Source of the DNA: the human T2T-CHM13v2.0 reference genome, Homo sapiens
Strand: one strand, 5' to 3'
DNA length: 64,000 bases
Assembly: GCF_009914755.1 (NCBI RefSeq)
Contig: NC_060925.1
Below are positions 60,080 through 64,000 of this stretch, piece by piece; position 1 is the stretch's first letter; every line of letters begins with the position of its first letter. The position numbers and the translations under genes were made by a program. The notes under the pieces are model-generated. The model saw nothing but the letters and a program-made list of their open reading frames with translations, had not been told where the DNA came from and did not search any database.

Positions 60080-61760
60080 CATCCTAATTCAAGTATACAT
60101 AAATATAGGAGAATATAACACCTAAGTGTACAGTTTGATGAATTATCATAAAGTGAAGACATCTTTGTAATTACCACCCAGACCAGAAACAGAACACAAC
60201 CAGCTGCCAGCAGCTCAGAGGCACTGAGCCCCCTCCCAATCACTGCTCCCCTCTGTGTCCCCAGAGGTCTGTAAACCCTACTCTGACTTCTAACACAATG
60301 GGGTTGTTTGCTCAGTTTTTGAGCTTAATTATATAAACATTCAACACTATGTTTGTGACATGCACCCAGGCTGCTGCACGTCGCAACAGCTTTTCCTTTC
60401 TATTGCTGAACAGTATTTCACGGTGTGAATATACCACCATTTACCTATCTTACTGCAGATGAACACTTGGATTGTTTTCAGTGTTTGGCTATTACGAGGG
60501 GTAGTACGCGGACACTCTTGTCCATGTCTTCTGGAGCATGTGTGCTTGCACTTCTGCTGGAAAATATCTATAGCAGAATTGTTGAGTTACATATAAGGAT
60601 ATGTTTAGCTTTATAAGATACTGACAGATTGTTTTCCAAAGTGGCTTTACCAATTTACATTTCTACCAATAGGACATGAAAAGCCCAATTGCTTCACAAT
60701 CTCTGTCAACATTTGCTATTTTCAGCCTTTTCCATTTCAGCCCTTCTGGTTGGTGTGCAGTGGCATTTTATTATGATTTAAATTTTTATTTCCATAATGA
60801 CTAATGAGATGGGATAGCTTTTCATGTATTTATAAGCCTTTTGGATATCTTTGTGAACTAAGTGCCTGTTCACATCTTTTGTCAATATTTTATTTTTTTC
60901 TTTTTGAGACAGAGTCTCTCTATGTTGCCTAGGCTGGTTTCCAACTCTTGGGCTCAAGCAATCCTTCCACCTCAACCTCCCGAGTAGCTCAGACTACAGG
61001 TACACACCACTGTACCTGGCTTCTTTTACCAATCTTTTTATTGTGCTACCTTTTTCCTCCTTATTGTTTGATAAGAGTTCTTTATACACTCTGGGTATAA
61101 TACATATACAATATTGAAGATAATAGAAATATTTCTTGCCTTTCATTCTCTTCATTGTGTCTTCCAATGAACAGAATGACTACTTTTGTTGCATTTCTTA
61201 ATATTTTCCTTTATGATTGGTGTTTTTTCTATCTTAAGAAATCTTTGCTTATCTTAGGAAGCCACTTAATCTCCTACGTTATCCTCTATAAATTTTATTG
61301 TTTTACTGTTCACACTTAAGAGTTTAAATCTCCTGGACTTGAGCTTTTGTGTGTGGTGTGAGGTAACGATCAACAGTCTTTTCTTTCAGAAAAAGGATCA
61401 CTGAGGGAAAAAAAAAAATTTTCTTCCCCCATAAGGCTACTGAGCTGACTTAGCAGTCCTTTCCTCACCACTCTGTGGTGCTACCTTGTTATAAATCAAG
61501 TGTCTATATCACATGGCTTGAGAGGAAAGGAATAAATACATAAATATAAATACACAAAATTAAGTATCTCTACATATGTGGGTCTGTTTCTGGACATTTA
61601 ATTCTGTTCCATTTGTTCATCCATGTCACTACTGTACTGCCTTACTTACTGCAGCTTTATGATAAATCTTGATATGTAGTAGTGTAACTCTTCCAAATTT
61701 ATTTTCCTTATCCAAAAATACCTTGGTTATTTAACCCTTTGCTTTATTTAATTCTCATGA
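60080..61760 (-). mobile_element. Old L1M 3' fragment with an embedded Alu monomer (~60893-61021)
   Basis: Typical antisense L1M text: aagtgtacagtttgatgaatt, ttttccaaagtggctttaccaatttacat, atgactaatgag, gggtctgtttctggac. Confidence 0.7.
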
Positions 61761-62012
61761 AAAGCCTGTGGTATGAGATAGTTTTGATTTTTATCTCCAT
61801 TTCACAGGTTGGCAAACTCAGAGAAGTAATATGTCCATGGCCACACAGCAACCAAGTGCTAGGGAGGGATTAGAATCCAGATTTGTCTGCTTCTAGGCCT
61901 AAGAACTCAAGTGCTATATGTACTACCTCCTTAATCCTAATGCCAAATGACCCCGTCAGGGTATTTAATATGAATGCATTACAATTTTAAGAAATTCTCA
62001 CGTTCTAAATCA

Positions 62013-63696
<1,684 letters not shown>

Positions 63697-64000
63697 GCAG
63701 ATATTCAACGGCTGTATAGAGTATGGCAGGCTGTGGTTTTTTCAAAGACTTCAGAAGAAGTGAAATATTCCTTTGAGATACACAATTAAAACTAACAGCA
63801 AGGCAGCTTCTTCTGAGATGTATTCATTCCACAAGCTGAGAGTGGGCAGCAGTCTCTCCAACGGGGCATTTTCAAGCAAATGGGATCTGATGCTCCTCTC
63901 TGGATAGAAGGAGAGACCACCCCTAGGTGCTCCCCTGCCCTGTGACCCTCAGACTACCTTGGTGCCAGCCCAAGGCAGTGCGGCCCAAACACTGTGAAGT

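Overview
Primate, most likely human, genomic DNA from inside the MTOR gene (1p36.22), which runs on the minus strand. Nineteen coding exons (29-47 in recalled RefSeq numbering, about S1418-S2221) map with canonical GT-AG ends and join into one open frame covering most of the FAT domain, the FRB domain and the kinase N-lobe. Position 45105 to the end is the large intron 28. The introns hold dozens of Alus, MIR/L2/L1M relics, hAT transposons (MER1B, MER3, MER5), MER21- and MER34-like LTRs, a 3'-truncated U6 copy, a SNORD13/U13 retrocopy, and a full-length L1PA (38390-44848, 13-bp TSD) antisense to MTOR in intron 29. The best candidate for an undescribed system is this L1. It has 'gene-breaking' geometry: its antisense AATAAA lies 635 nt after exon 29, and its antisense promoter faces exon 30. 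It also keeps an open, extended ORF0 with a phase-0 donor-like site in frame with exon 30. Other notable items: a recursive-splice motif on the in-frame FRB exon 44, a duplicated donor at exon 41, a 188-bp inverted duplication in intron 34, a three-patch templated insertion in an Alu, and a cluster of canonical NF-kB sites in intron 28. Repeat boundaries and subfamilies are by-eye estimates, and all functional claims are untested hypotheses.
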